From an uncultured archaeon (GTDB lineage Archaea; Iainarchaeota; Iainarchaeia; Iainarchaeales; Iainarchaeaceae): a stretch of 32,000 bases of DNA. The stretch's first letter is position 1. Each line of letters starts with the position of its first letter. Where the stretch lies: positions 1-32,000 of the forward strand of contig CAZNZM010000010.1 in NCBI GenBank assembly GCA_964577555.1. Reading direction: 5' to 3'. The position numbers and the translations under genes were made by a program. This document shows positions 10,368 through 19,061 of this stretch, in pieces. The notes under the pieces were generated by a model. The model was not told where the DNA came from and ran no database searches. It saw only the letters and a program-made list of their open reading frames with translations.

Positions 10368-10441
10368 TGGACTGAGCGGGACTTGCACCCGCCGCCTTCC
10401 GGATGCGAACCGGACGCTCTAGCTGTCTGAGCTATCAGCCC
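10368..10441 (-). tRNA. tRNA-Ala (anticodon CGC), no encoded CCA
   Basis: Hand fold: acceptor GGGCUGA/UCAGUCC with the G3:U70 Ala identity pair, D stem GCUC/GAGC, anticodon stem UCCGG/CCGGA with loop UUCGCAU, T stem GCGGG/CCCGC. D loop AGACAGCUA and T loop UGCAAGU are non-canonical. Confidence 0.8.
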
Positions 10442-10531
10442 TTAAAAAAACTTTTCAAAATCATTTGGCTTGAGAAACTTATAAATAATTAGTTGTTTTT
10501 ATAAAAAAAATCGCTTTTAAAAAACTCTTAT

Positions 10532-10765
10532 TCAAGGGGAACTTTCAATTATTCTTTTTCCCCTCAAATAAACTCCTATTGCAGTTATTATCGAACCAAA
10601 ACTTGTCATGTATAATAAAGTTCCGTTTGTAGAATAACCCGCCAAATGTTGTCTAATTCCTTCAATGAATGCTGATAACCCAAAACCAGCTAGTATTACA
10701 ACCAATAAATATATTGAAACGCTTTTGATTACTTGTGTTTTTATGACTTCAAATTCTTTGCTCAT
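10532..10765 (-). CDS. hypothetical small membrane protein (two predicted TM helices)
   Basis: 77-aa ORF with two hydrophobic stretches (VSIYLLVVILAGFGLSAFI, LLYMTSFGSIITAIGVYL). No homology recognised. Confidence 0.4.
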   Translation of the reverse strand: MSKEFEVIKTQVIKSVSIYLLVVILAGFGLSAFIEGIRQHLAGYSTNGTLLYMTSFGSIITAIGVYLRGKRIIESSP

Positions 10766-10841
10766 GTTTCAATTTAATGTTTTATTAATATTTAAATCTT
10801 TGCAAATTCGTAATGCGAGTTTCTGCGTTTTTTTTGTGGTC

Positions 10842-12641
10842 TTATTCCCATTCTATTGTTGCAGGAGGTTTGTGTGTTACATCTAGCATTATGGCGCCAA
10901 CCCCATTTATTTTCATGATTTTTGCAGCTATTTTTTTCAAAGTTTTTTCAGGCAAAGGATAGAACTTTGCAGTCATGGCTTCTTTTGAGCTAACAGGCCT
11001 TAAAACTATTCCTTCACCTTTGCCATTTAAAACAACAGGCAGAAGCACAACCGGAAACTGCCAAATATCATTTGCAATACCAGCTTTTTCTATTTCATCC
11101 ATTGCAATAAAATCTGCGTTTTGTAGCTTTTTTACTCTCTTGTTTGAAAGATACGACTTGCAAAGTTTTATTGATTTTATTTTGCTTGGTGCAACCAAAA
11201 ACACAACTCTGTTAACAAAATTGAACGAATTTGTTATTATGGTTGAAACTTCTTCTATTATAGAATAATTCAATGGGCCTGATATTAAAACTGCATTTCT
11301 ATAAGTCCGGTTGTCTCCTTGCACTCCAACAGCTTTAACCGGCAATAATTTTGCCCAATAACCATAAGCTTCAATTTTTTTGTTTATGTTTTCTTCAGCT
11401 TTAATGTCAATTTTTTCATTTCCGCTGCTGCAAAGAATTCTTACAGCCAAACCAGGCCCTGGAAATGGCTGTCTATTAATCAGCTTGTCAGGCAAACCCA
11501 ATAATTTTCCTATTTTGCGAACTTCGTCTTTATAAAGTTGATTTAAAGGCTCAATTACTTTGCCTTCATTTATTAGTTTCATTATGATTGGAGCCCTGTT
11601 GTGGTGTGTTTTTATTTTATTGGAATTTTTTGTTCCGCCGGTTTCTATTGTGTCAGGATAAATTGTTCCTTGGCCTAACAACCAATATTTTTCGTCCAAA
11701 TTTATTTTTTTCATTTCTTTAATTGTAATATCTACAAAAAGTTTTCCTATTATTTTTCTTTTTTTTTCAGGATCATAAACTTTCTTTAATGCTGAAAGAA
11801 AAATTTTTCCGGCATCAATAACATGAATTTTTTTAATGCCCAATTTTTCAACTTCTTTTTTTACTATTTTGCTTTCGTTTTTTCTCATAAAGCCGGTGTC
11901 AACGTGCATTGCAAACAAATTTTCCGGGCCTAATGATCTTGCAAGCAATGCAAGAGTGACTGTTGAATCAACCCCGCCACTCAAAAGAAGAAAAACTTTT
12001 TTGTTTTTAGCCGTTTTTCGTATTTCAATTATTTTTTCTTCCAAATAATTTTCCATTGTCCATGTTGGCTTGCAATTGCATATTTTATAAACAAAATTTG
12101 AAAGTATTTTAATTCCGTTTTCTGTATGGGTTACTTCTGGATGGAATTGCAATCCATAAATTTTTTTTGATTCGTTGGCAATAGCGGCAAATTCGCAATC
12201 CATTGTTGATGCAATCCCTGTAAAACCGTTCGGGAGAATTGTTACTTTGTCTCCATGGCTCATCCAAACAGTGAAATTGGAAGGCAAATCCTCAAAAAGC
12301 AAGTTATTTCTTGTTGACAATTTTGTCATGCCATACTCTTTTATATTTCCCTGCTCAACTTTTCCGCCAAGTTCGTGGCTTATTAATTGTTGTCCGTAAC
12401 ACAAACCTAAAATAGGTATCCCCAATTCAAATAATTCCTTGTTGAATTTTGGAGCTTCTTTGTCGTAAACGCTTGCAGGACCGCCGCTGAGAATTATTCC
12501 AGAGGCTTTTTTTAATTTTTCAGTTGCCGCGGTTGGAAGCAGTATTTCAGAGTAAACATTGAGTTCTCTTATTCTTCTTGCAAGCAAATGCGTGTATTGG
12601 CTTCCAAAATCAAGCACAATAATTTTTTCTTTGATTTCCAT
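10842..12641 (-). CDS. guaA: GMP synthase (glutamine-hydrolysing), fused GATase + ATP-pyrophosphatase, long form
   Basis: GATase LGLCYGQQ catalytic Cys region and HPEV, PP-loop SGGVDS, C-terminal KPPATIEWE. Start taken at MEIKEKIIVLDFGSQY (12641) rather than the track start 12698. Confidence 0.92.
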   Translation of the reverse strand: MEIKEKIIVLDFGSQYTHLLARRIRELNVYSEILLPTAATEKLKKASGIILSGGPASVYDKEAPKFNKELFELGIPILGLCYGQQLISHELGGKVEQGNIKEYGMTKLSTRNNLLFEDLPSNFTVWMSHGDKVTILPNGFTGIASTMDCEFAAIANESKKIYGLQFHPEVTHTENGIKILSNFVYKICNCKPTWTMENYLEEKIIEIRKTAKNKKVFLLLSGGVDSTVTLALLARSLGPENLFAMHVDTGFMRKNESKIVKKEVEKLGIKKIHVIDAGKIFLSALKKVYDPEKKRKIIGKLFVDITIKEMKKINLDEKYWLLGQGTIYPDTIETGGTKNSNKIKTHHNRAPIIMKLINEGKVIEPLNQLYKDEVRKIGKLLGLPDKLINRQPFPGPGLAVRILCSSGNEKIDIKAEENINKKIEAYGYWAKLLPVKAVGVQGDNRTYRNAVLISGPLNYSIIEEVSTIITNSFNFVNRVVFLVAPSKIKSIKLCKSYLSNKRVKKLQNADFIAMDEIEKAGIANDIWQFPVVLLPVVLNGKGEGIVLRPVSSKEAMTAKFYPLPEKTLKKIAAKIMKINGVGAIMLDVTHKPPATIEWE

Positions 12642-12720
12642 AAAATCAATTTGTGTTGTAATCAATAAATAACTTTTTATTTGCAATATGATTGGCAATT
12701 TTTAGTTGTAGCTGTCTCTA

Positions 12721-14313
12721 TTATAAATCAAACGGCACTATGCCTTGTTTGACGTATTTCTCTACAATTTCTTGGGTACAATCAGTGTCAGTATTGTACC
12801 AAGAATTAGGATCAAGTTTATATGTGCAAACTCTTGGATCGCATTTTTTGTCATCGTTAATGCAGGTGAGTGCTACTTTGACATTTTGTTGGCATTCTTT
12901 GACGAATAACGAATGTTGAATTGATAAGCAATACTTGTCATCTTTCATTGCCACTGCATAGCGGTTATAGCATTGTTCAGTGCCACTATATTTCAATGAT
13001 CTCATTTCTTTTCTTTGAACTTTGTCGCAAACTTCTGGGACTTTTGCGTCAAGCGCGATTTTTGCATAACAATCCACGTATGCTGAATCTCTTTGGATTT
13101 TTTCGCATTTTCTTGAATCTTTGGTATCAAATGCAATATCGCTAATGCATTTTTCAAACAGTGATTGGTTTGTCCTGCTTATGCCGATGCACAAATCTTC
13201 GTTCTTGATTTTTTTGGATGTTTCGAATATGCATTTATCTTTAAGATCTGTGTTTCCATCTATTTTTAAGCATCTTTCAATTGAATTGAAATCGGAAGCA
13301 TATGCGTAATAACATTCGTTTCTTATTTTTAATTCATTTATTAATGGACAAGTTGATTCGCCATACAAGTTGGTTGCAATATATTTTATACACGAATTTT
13401 TTAATTCATATTTCAAGTTATAACACGCTTTTACGTCTCCTCTTTTGGAAGCATACCATGCGCTGCAATAATCAAATGCATTTTCGTCTTTTACTATGCT
13501 GCAAGAAAAATTTGTGTCTGGAACATTTGATGCGTTTTTGAAGCACTCTGCACTCAAAGCTTTGTCAACAAAGTGGTTACATTTTTCCCCATTATTTGCC
13601 ATGTTTATTTGTTTTAGGCAATCGTCTCTTGCATTTACTCCGACTATTTTATAAGTATCGCTGACTTTAAGGCAAATATCTGGGTCGTTTGTACTTGCCG
13701 CAATTCCTTTATAACATTGGTCTCTGGTTTTAGGCTCAAAAATATTTTTACAAGTATCAAATGTGCCTATTCCGTTGTAGCAATCATCTTTTTTGGCTAC
13801 ATCTTCTATATATTTACAAATTTTGTTGTTTTTAAGTGACTTTCCCACTGAATTATAACAATCGTCTTTGAGATATGTGTCTATGATTTTTATGCAGACG
13901 TTGTAATCAGCCATTGCAACTCCTGCCTCAAAAAAGCATCTTGACTTGAATTCTTCCGACACCAAAGTGCATGGAAATTCGGATTTGTTGGAAGTTGCGG
14001 TGTTAATAAGGCAAATTTCAGCATCAAGAGGCGGGCCAGCATTGCATTTTTCTATGCTACGAACAACTTCTACAGGCACGCCAGGGTATTTATCCAAATT
14101 TATGTCGATTATTTGCTGTTTTGCATCTTTGTTTTCGTCTTCTTTGGGTTTATTAAAATCTATTTGCTTGTTAGTGTCAATATTTTTATTTTGGTCAATT
14201 TCTTTATTTTTATCCAAATTTGGCGGGTTGTCATGTTGTTTGGTTTTTAAACAGCCAAATAATACAATAGATACGCAAAGTATTGCACAAAAAATCAATA
14301 TTTTTTTCTTCAT
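12721..14313 (-). CDS. secreted Cys-rich repeat lipoprotein (hypothetical)
   Basis: Signal peptide with lipobox-like LFGC, then an N/K/D-rich linker. About a dozen degenerate ~30-35 aa repeats follow, each with paired Cys (KDDCY, KKDDCY, TRDQCY, ARDDCL, IRNECY, AYVDCY, TEQCY). Confidence 0.7.
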   Translation of the reverse strand: MKKKILIFCAILCVSIVLFGCLKTKQHDNPPNLDKNKEIDQNKNIDTNKQIDFNKPKEDENKDAKQQIIDINLDKYPGVPVEVVRSIEKCNAGPPLDAEICLINTATSNKSEFPCTLVSEEFKSRCFFEAGVAMADYNVCIKIIDTYLKDDCYNSVGKSLKNNKICKYIEDVAKKDDCYNGIGTFDTCKNIFEPKTRDQCYKGIAASTNDPDICLKVSDTYKIVGVNARDDCLKQINMANNGEKCNHFVDKALSAECFKNASNVPDTNFSCSIVKDENAFDYCSAWYASKRGDVKACYNLKYELKNSCIKYIATNLYGESTCPLINELKIRNECYYAYASDFNSIERCLKIDGNTDLKDKCIFETSKKIKNEDLCIGISRTNQSLFEKCISDIAFDTKDSRKCEKIQRDSAYVDCYAKIALDAKVPEVCDKVQRKEMRSLKYSGTEQCYNRYAVAMKDDKYCLSIQHSLFVKECQQNVKVALTCINDDKKCDPRVCTYKLDPNSWYNTDTDCTQEIVEKYVKQGIVPFDL

Positions 14314-14399
14314 AACACTTTTACAAATAAGATTTGTTTTATATTTAAATATTCTTGTATTGGCTGATTTGTAGAACTTTTTTTTAGTTTATAAATAAT

Positions 14400-14665
14400 C
14401 TCCTTTTTAATAATTATTTTTTTTAAGCCTTGTTTTTTTTTGTTTTAGTTGTTTTTTTGCGAGCCGTTTTTTGTCATTTTTTTGAATTCTTTTTTTTAAT
14501 TATTTTTTTTGCAAGTCATTTTTTTTCAGTTGTTTTTTTTGTGAGCCGATTTTTTTAAACAATTTTTGTTTGATGTTTTATTTTTTTTGCGAACCAATTT
14601 TTTTGTTGATTGGGTTTTTTTATTTTTAAAATGTATAAATTATTTTTTGTGATTTTGTTTTTTTA
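14400..14665 (+). repeat. T-tract / GC-island repeat array, locus B
   Basis: GCGAGCCG 14459-14466, GTCA 14473-14476, GAATTC 14484-14489, GCAAGTCA 14511-14518, GTGAGCCG 14541-14548, GCGAACCA 14589-14596, each separated by T6-T8 runs. Lies between the stop of pan (14678) and the start of the lipoprotein gene (14313). Confidence 0.85.
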
Positions 14666-14677
14666 GACGTTGTTTTT

Positions 14678-15856
14678 TTATGCAAACATTCTTTGCTCCG
14701 GTTTTTCTTCCTGCTTTTTTGAAAGTTTTTTTATCGCCTCATCAAACTCTTTCATACTAACAGAATTTTTATTTTTCCGCAAAGCGAACATTCCTGCTTC
14801 CGTGCATATTGCTTTAATGTCTGCCCCAGTATGTCCTTCTGTTATTTCAGCTAGTTTTCTTAAATCAACGTTTTTTTCAATGTTCATTTTTTTTGTGTAT
14901 ATTTCAAATATTTTTATCCTTGCTTCAAATTGGGGTGGCGATATTTCAATAATTCTGTCAAAACGCCCCGGCCTGAGCAATGCTGGGTCAATCATGTCTA
15001 TTCTGTTTGTTGCGCCTATGATTTTTACTCCTTTGATTTTTTCAAATCCGTCCATTTCAGCCAATAATTGCATTAATGTTCTCTGCACTTCCCTGTCCCC
15101 GTTTGCTGTCATGTATCTGTGCGATGCAACAGAATCAATTTCATCAATAAAGATTATTGACGGCTTTTTTTCTTTTGCAAGGCTGAATAGATCCCTGACA
15201 AGCCTTGAACCTTCTCCTATGTATTTTCTTACCAAATCTGAACCTGAAAGCGAAATGAATACTGAATTGGTTTTGTTGGCGACTGCCTTTGCAAGCATGG
15301 TTTTTCCAGTGCCAGGAATTCCATACAACAATACTCCGTTTGGTGGTTCTATGCCAAGTTTCTCAAATTTTTCCGGTTTTGTCAATGGAAGTATAACAGC
15401 TTCTTCCAATTCCTGTATCTCCTTTTCAAGTCCGCCAATTTGTTCAAATGTAGTATCAGGTTTTTCAATTATTTCCATTGCATTTACCCGCCAATCCCTG
15501 CTTTCAGGAAAAACTTGGGTTATACTCAATGTTCTTTGATTCATAGCCACTCTTTTGCCGGGTTCAAGCAAAGGCGCAAGTTCTGAGAGTGCTTTGACTA
15601 AAAAATCCATTCCATTGCTGTTTCTGACAATTACGTATCCGTTTTGCAATACTTCAACTATTGTCCCGACAATAAGTGGCGGGGATTTCAGTTCGTTCAA
15701 TTCCCTTCTTGCCCTTTCAAGATCCAATTGCAATTGTGATATTCTTGCATTTGTAACTTGTCGTTCAATGTGTAAATTTCTTAATTCTTCTTCCAAACTA
15801 AAAGCGTAATCGTATTGTTTTATTTCTGGTCTTTTTGTTTCATTTGTGTTAGCCAT
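14678..15856 (-). CDS. pan: proteasome-activating nucleotidase (AAA+ ATPase)
   Basis: N-terminal coiled coil, OB region, Walker A GIPGTGKT, Walker B IIFIDEID, the second region of homology, and a C-terminal hydrophobic-aromatic-X tail (MFA). Confidence 0.92.
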   Translation of the reverse strand: MANTNETKRPEIKQYDYAFSLEEELRNLHIERQVTNARISQLQLDLERARRELNELKSPPLIVGTIVEVLQNGYVIVRNSNGMDFLVKALSELAPLLEPGKRVAMNQRTLSITQVFPESRDWRVNAMEIIEKPDTTFEQIGGLEKEIQELEEAVILPLTKPEKFEKLGIEPPNGVLLYGIPGTGKTMLAKAVANKTNSVFISLSGSDLVRKYIGEGSRLVRDLFSLAKEKKPSIIFIDEIDSVASHRYMTANGDREVQRTLMQLLAEMDGFEKIKGVKIIGATNRIDMIDPALLRPGRFDRIIEISPPQFEARIKIFEIYTKKMNIEKNVDLRKLAEITEGHTGADIKAICTEAGMFALRKNKNSVSMKEFDEAIKKLSKKQEEKPEQRMFA

Positions 15857-15995
15857 GAGGACACTTCTTTTGTGTTTTCAATCTGAACAAGTTTAAATTA
15901 TGAATTTAATATTAATAACTAACGGTTTGCATTGGTTTTTAAATGAAACTCTAACCAGTCTTTTAAGCAATAAATGTTTGGCGCGTGATGTTTTA

Positions 15996-17408
15996 ATGAC
16001 GGATTTTTTCGCTTTGCTTTTTGTTTTTCTAATAATTTCTGTGGTTGTTACTTTTGCAATAAAGAAGTTAACTTTGCAAGAAACTTACTATGTAGCTTCT
16101 CTGATTAGAACAACCAAGCCAATAAAGTTTTTTTCAAGAATGGCTAGACATACAAGGTTTTTGGATTTTATTTCAACTGCAGGCCTGATACTTGGCTTTG
16201 GAACTTTTGCGATAGATTATCTTTATGGGTCAAAGCTGAGAGGTTGGAAAAGGTATTTTCTCAATTTGGCTGGCTTTTTAGTGCTTTCAGGGTTGATGTT
16301 TTTAATAGATTTTTTTGGCGGAAATATTTTTTCAAAAAATGCCATGATGGGAAATGCATATCCTTTATTCATAGCTTCGTTTGGTTTGCTTGGTTTTGCA
16401 GGATTCACCCTTTTTGCACTTTTAATGCAAGCAATTGACATAATAATAAAATATTTTGCAGGTTCAAGAGCGTGTCCGGGTGTTGCTCCTTTGATTCCCG
16501 GAGTTGAAGTTCCAAACGTGCCAATCACGCCGCCGCTTCATGCCTGGATTTCTTTGATAATAATATTAATAGTGCATGAAGCAATGCATGGCATTGTAGG
16601 AAGCAGACATGGTTTCAGAATAAAATCCACTGGTGTAATACTTTTTGGCTTTCTTCCGATAGGTGCTTTTGTAGAACCTGATGAAAAGGAGCTTGAAAAA
16701 GCCGAGCCAAAAAAATTGTTGCCTTTCTTGGCTGCAGGACCTGCTGCCAATCTAACACTGATGGTTATTGTCGGTTTTTTGGTCTTAGGGCTTGTTTTAA
16801 TTTCAAATCCGCTTACTGATTATTTGTATCCTGGCGTGGCAGAAAAGCTTTCCAACGGGGTAAAAGTCGTAAAAGTCAATGATTCCGTGAATTTTTGTGG
16901 TTCGACATATCCTGCGACAGCAAAAGGTTTTTTGTTTGAAGGGGACATCATAAAAAAAATTGATGATGTTGAAATAAAGAGCATTCATTCAATGTTGTCC
17001 GCATTGCAAAAAAACAAGTTTGAAGAAAAAAAATTTGAAGTTGACAGAAATGGTGTTGTTGAAACTTTCAAAATAACTCCAAATTCTTTAGGACAATTTG
17101 GATTCATGGCAGAGGCAATAAAACCAAAAGACGCTCAATTGCCAGCTGGTTTTTCAACCTATGTTTTTTTGTTTTCGTTTATAGTGGAATTTCTTTATTG
17201 GTTGTTCATTTTGAATTTGCTTGTAGCTGCAATAAACTTTTTGCCAATGAATCCTTTTGACGGAGGCAGAATAGCAGGCGTGATATTTTCACACTATGCC
17301 ACTTTTTTAAGCAAGGATGAAAATGAAAGAAAAAAGAAAGTGCAAAAATATTTGGTTTATATAATATTCTCAATTCTTTTGATTAACGCGTTGCCATTGT
17401 TTTTCTGA
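15996..17408 (+). CDS. site-2 protease family (M50) membrane metalloprotease with PDZ domain
   Basis: HEAMHG (HExxH) in a TM helix, PDZ-like GDIIKKIDDVEIKS, and NFLPMNPFDGGR (NxxPxxxxDG). The track ORF starts at 15900, but 15857-15995 is needed as a divergent promoter with pan, so ATG 15996 (MTDFFALL) is preferred. Confidence 0.85.
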   Translation: MTDFFALLFVFLIISVVVTFAIKKLTLQETYYVASLIRTTKPIKFFSRMARHTRFLDFISTAGLILGFGTFAIDYLYGSKLRGWKRYFLNLAGFLVLSGLMFLIDFFGGNIFSKNAMMGNAYPLFIASFGLLGFAGFTLFALLMQAIDIIIKYFAGSRACPGVAPLIPGVEVPNVPITPPLHAWISLIIILIVHEAMHGIVGSRHGFRIKSTGVILFGFLPIGAFVEPDEKELEKAEPKKLLPFLAAGPAANLTLMVIVGFLVLGLVLISNPLTDYLYPGVAEKLSNGVKVVKVNDSVNFCGSTYPATAKGFLFEGDIIKKIDDVEIKSIHSMLSALQKNKFEEKKFEVDRNGVVETFKITPNSLGQFGFMAEAIKPKDAQLPAGFSTYVFLFSFIVEFLYWLFILNLLVAAINFLPMNPFDGGRIAGVIFSHYATFLSKDENERKKKVQKYLVYIIFSILLINALPLFF

Positions 17409-17539
17409 CGCTGTTAAATACAATTTTTTTTGGACAAGACATTTTTTTTTATGATTTATGCTTTATCATTTATTTTAAATTAAAAAAATTTATTTTCAAC
17501 AGATTTGAAGTCTACATGTTTTTTTTAAATAAAAATTAG

Positions 17540-17559
17540 TGGCGGCTTTTGAGCCGCCA
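17540..17559. terminator. GC-rich hairpin between convergent S2P and ftsZ genes (candidate bidirectional terminator)
   Basis: TGGCGGCT-TTTG-AGCCGCCA forms a perfect 8-bp stem with a 4-nt loop. It is flanked by A/T runs on both sides (AAAAATTAG upstream, AAAAATATTTTTT downstream). Confidence 0.5.
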
Positions 17560-17570
17560 AAAAATATTTT

Positions 17571-18632
17571 TTACAAGTAATCCAAGTCAACGTCTCTTTT
17601 TGATGCTTTTGATTTAGCGTCTTTGCTACTCTTTATGTATGGACTGTGTACTCCTGTAAAGATGCAAATTACTTCAATTTTGTTTTCAAATGTTGAATCA
17701 ACTCTTGCACCCCAAATTACTGTTGCTCTTGGATCTATTCTTTCAGTAAGCAATTCCCCTATTTGGTTTGCTTCTCCAAGCGTCAACTCGGCTCCGCCAG
17801 TAATGTGTATTAAAGCACCTGTTGCACCGCCAATGTCAACGTCAAGCAAAGTGTTATTGAGTGCATCGTCCACAACTTCATTTACCCTGTCCACGCCTTT
17901 GCTTTCACCAACAGCTATAACTGAAAGACCTTTATTGCTCATGATTGATCTTACATCAGCGTAGTCAAGGTTTATGAGTGATGGTTGTGTTATTGTTTCG
18001 GTGATTCCTCTTACTGTTCTTGCGATTACTTCGTCTGCTACTTTGAATGCGTCTTGTATTGGCAGGTTTGGTACTAATTGGACAAGTCTGTTGTTGTCAA
18101 TTACAATGACCGTGTCAGTGACTTGCTTTAGCGCTTCAAGTCCTTCTTCAGCTTTGATCATTCTTGCCCTTTCGAGAGCAAATGGATAAGTGACCATTGC
18201 AATAACAATTGCTCCTTGCTCTTTTGCAATTTGAGCCACAATAGGAGCAGCGCCAGTTCCTGTTCCGCCACCCATTCCTGAAGAAATAAAAAGCATGTCA
18301 ACTCCTTCAAGGACTTCTTCCAATGCAGCCCTGCTTACTTCAGCAGCCTTTGCACCTATCTCAGGATATCCGCCAGCGCCAAGGCCTCTTGTAACAGATT
18401 TTCCTATCAGTATTTTGGTTATCTCGTCGTTTATGATTGCCAAGTGTTGTTTATCAGTGTTAATGGCTACAAGTTGCGCTCCTGAAATTCCCATGCTTGC
18501 CAGCCTGTTAACTGCATTACACCCGGCTCCGCCTGCACCAATGACCATTATTTTTGGTGTGCCAAATTCCTCCAATTTATCTTCTTTTTTTTCCGACGCC
18601 GTTGAAATGGCGCTCTCTACAACTGATTTCAT
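17571..18632 (-). CDS. ftsZ: cell division GTPase FtsZ
   Basis: GAGGAGCNAVNRL, the tubulin signature GMGGGTGTGAAP, NTD and the T7 loop region. Strong SD GGAGGAGAGGTGA upstream of the ATG. Confidence 0.95.
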   Translation of the reverse strand: MKSVVESAISTASEKKEDKLEEFGTPKIMVIGAGGAGCNAVNRLASMGISGAQLVAINTDKQHLAIINDEITKILIGKSVTRGLGAGGYPEIGAKAAEVSRAALEEVLEGVDMLFISSGMGGGTGTGAAPIVAQIAKEQGAIVIAMVTYPFALERARMIKAEEGLEALKQVTDTVIVIDNNRLVQLVPNLPIQDAFKVADEVIARTVRGITETITQPSLINLDYADVRSIMSNKGLSVIAVGESKGVDRVNEVVDDALNNTLLDVDIGGATGALIHITGGAELTLGEANQIGELLTERIDPRATVIWGARVDSTFENKIEVICIFTGVHSPYIKSSKDAKSKASKRDVDLDYL

Positions 18633-19037
18633 GTGTGGTTCACCTCTCCTCCAAAAGTTTTGTACAATTTTGATTTTTGATAAATGAATCTTTTTTGCTT
18701 TTGAATAAAAAAGCTTAGATTCTTGTATAAATGTTGCTGAACTCCTTTATATGCGTTTTGTTTTTGATATAAGGCACTATTAACGTTATTTTACTTCACT
18801 AAACAAAAAACACACAAAAATTTTATGTATATTATTAATTTTTTGATTAATTCATTAACTCTATACTGATAAAAGCATTAACTCATCTTTGTTTTTAAAA
18901 AAAAGTGTTAAAAAGGCTTATTTTTCTTAATAGGTTGCTTTTTTTTGGTTTTTTGTTAAGTATTTTTTCGTTTTTTGGCTAAGTTTTAGTTCAATTTTTA
19001 TTCTAAATTTGTAAAATTTAAACGCCGAATTTAAATA

Positions 19038-19048
19038 TTTATAAGTTT
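19038..19048 (+). promoter_or_regulatory. TATA-box-like element upstream of SRP RNA
   Basis: TTTATAAGTTT is centred ~20-24 nt upstream of the predicted SRP RNA 5' end. The same 11-mer occurs upstream of tRNA-Ala on the minus strand (about 10476-10486). Confidence 0.45.
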
Positions 19049-19061
19049 AAATTTAGTATTT

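Noticed and set aside
14670-15539. Long antisense ORFs opposite real genes (14670..15539 opposite pan; 25261..25857 and 26194..26691 opposite the VirB4-like gene; 6354..6851 and 7203..7562 opposite the HerA-like gene; 582..1049; 9299..9844; 17623..18687)
   Set aside because: Each lies entirely within a strongly supported gene on the other strand and has low-complexity S/F/L-rich composition typical of antisense frames in AT-rich genomes.
15900-15995. The N-terminal 32 codons of the track ORF for the S2P protease, and similar upstream extensions of other track ORFs (1916..1951, 8996..9046, 12642..12698, 23791..23802)
   Set aside because: The extensions run into AT-rich divergent promoter regions and encode non-conserved, low-complexity residues. 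Internal ATGs give N-termini that match family expectations.
18633-19061. The long AT-rich ftsZ / SRP RNA intergenic region, or the arrays themselves, as a replication origin. This included a 9-bp direct repeat CATTAACTC at 18853 and 18876.
   Set aside because: No ORB or mini-ORB-like boxes, no G-string elements and no orc1/cdc6 gene nearby. The 9-mer repeat is too short to carry meaning in ~30% GC DNA. This cannot be excluded without skew analysis of the whole genome.
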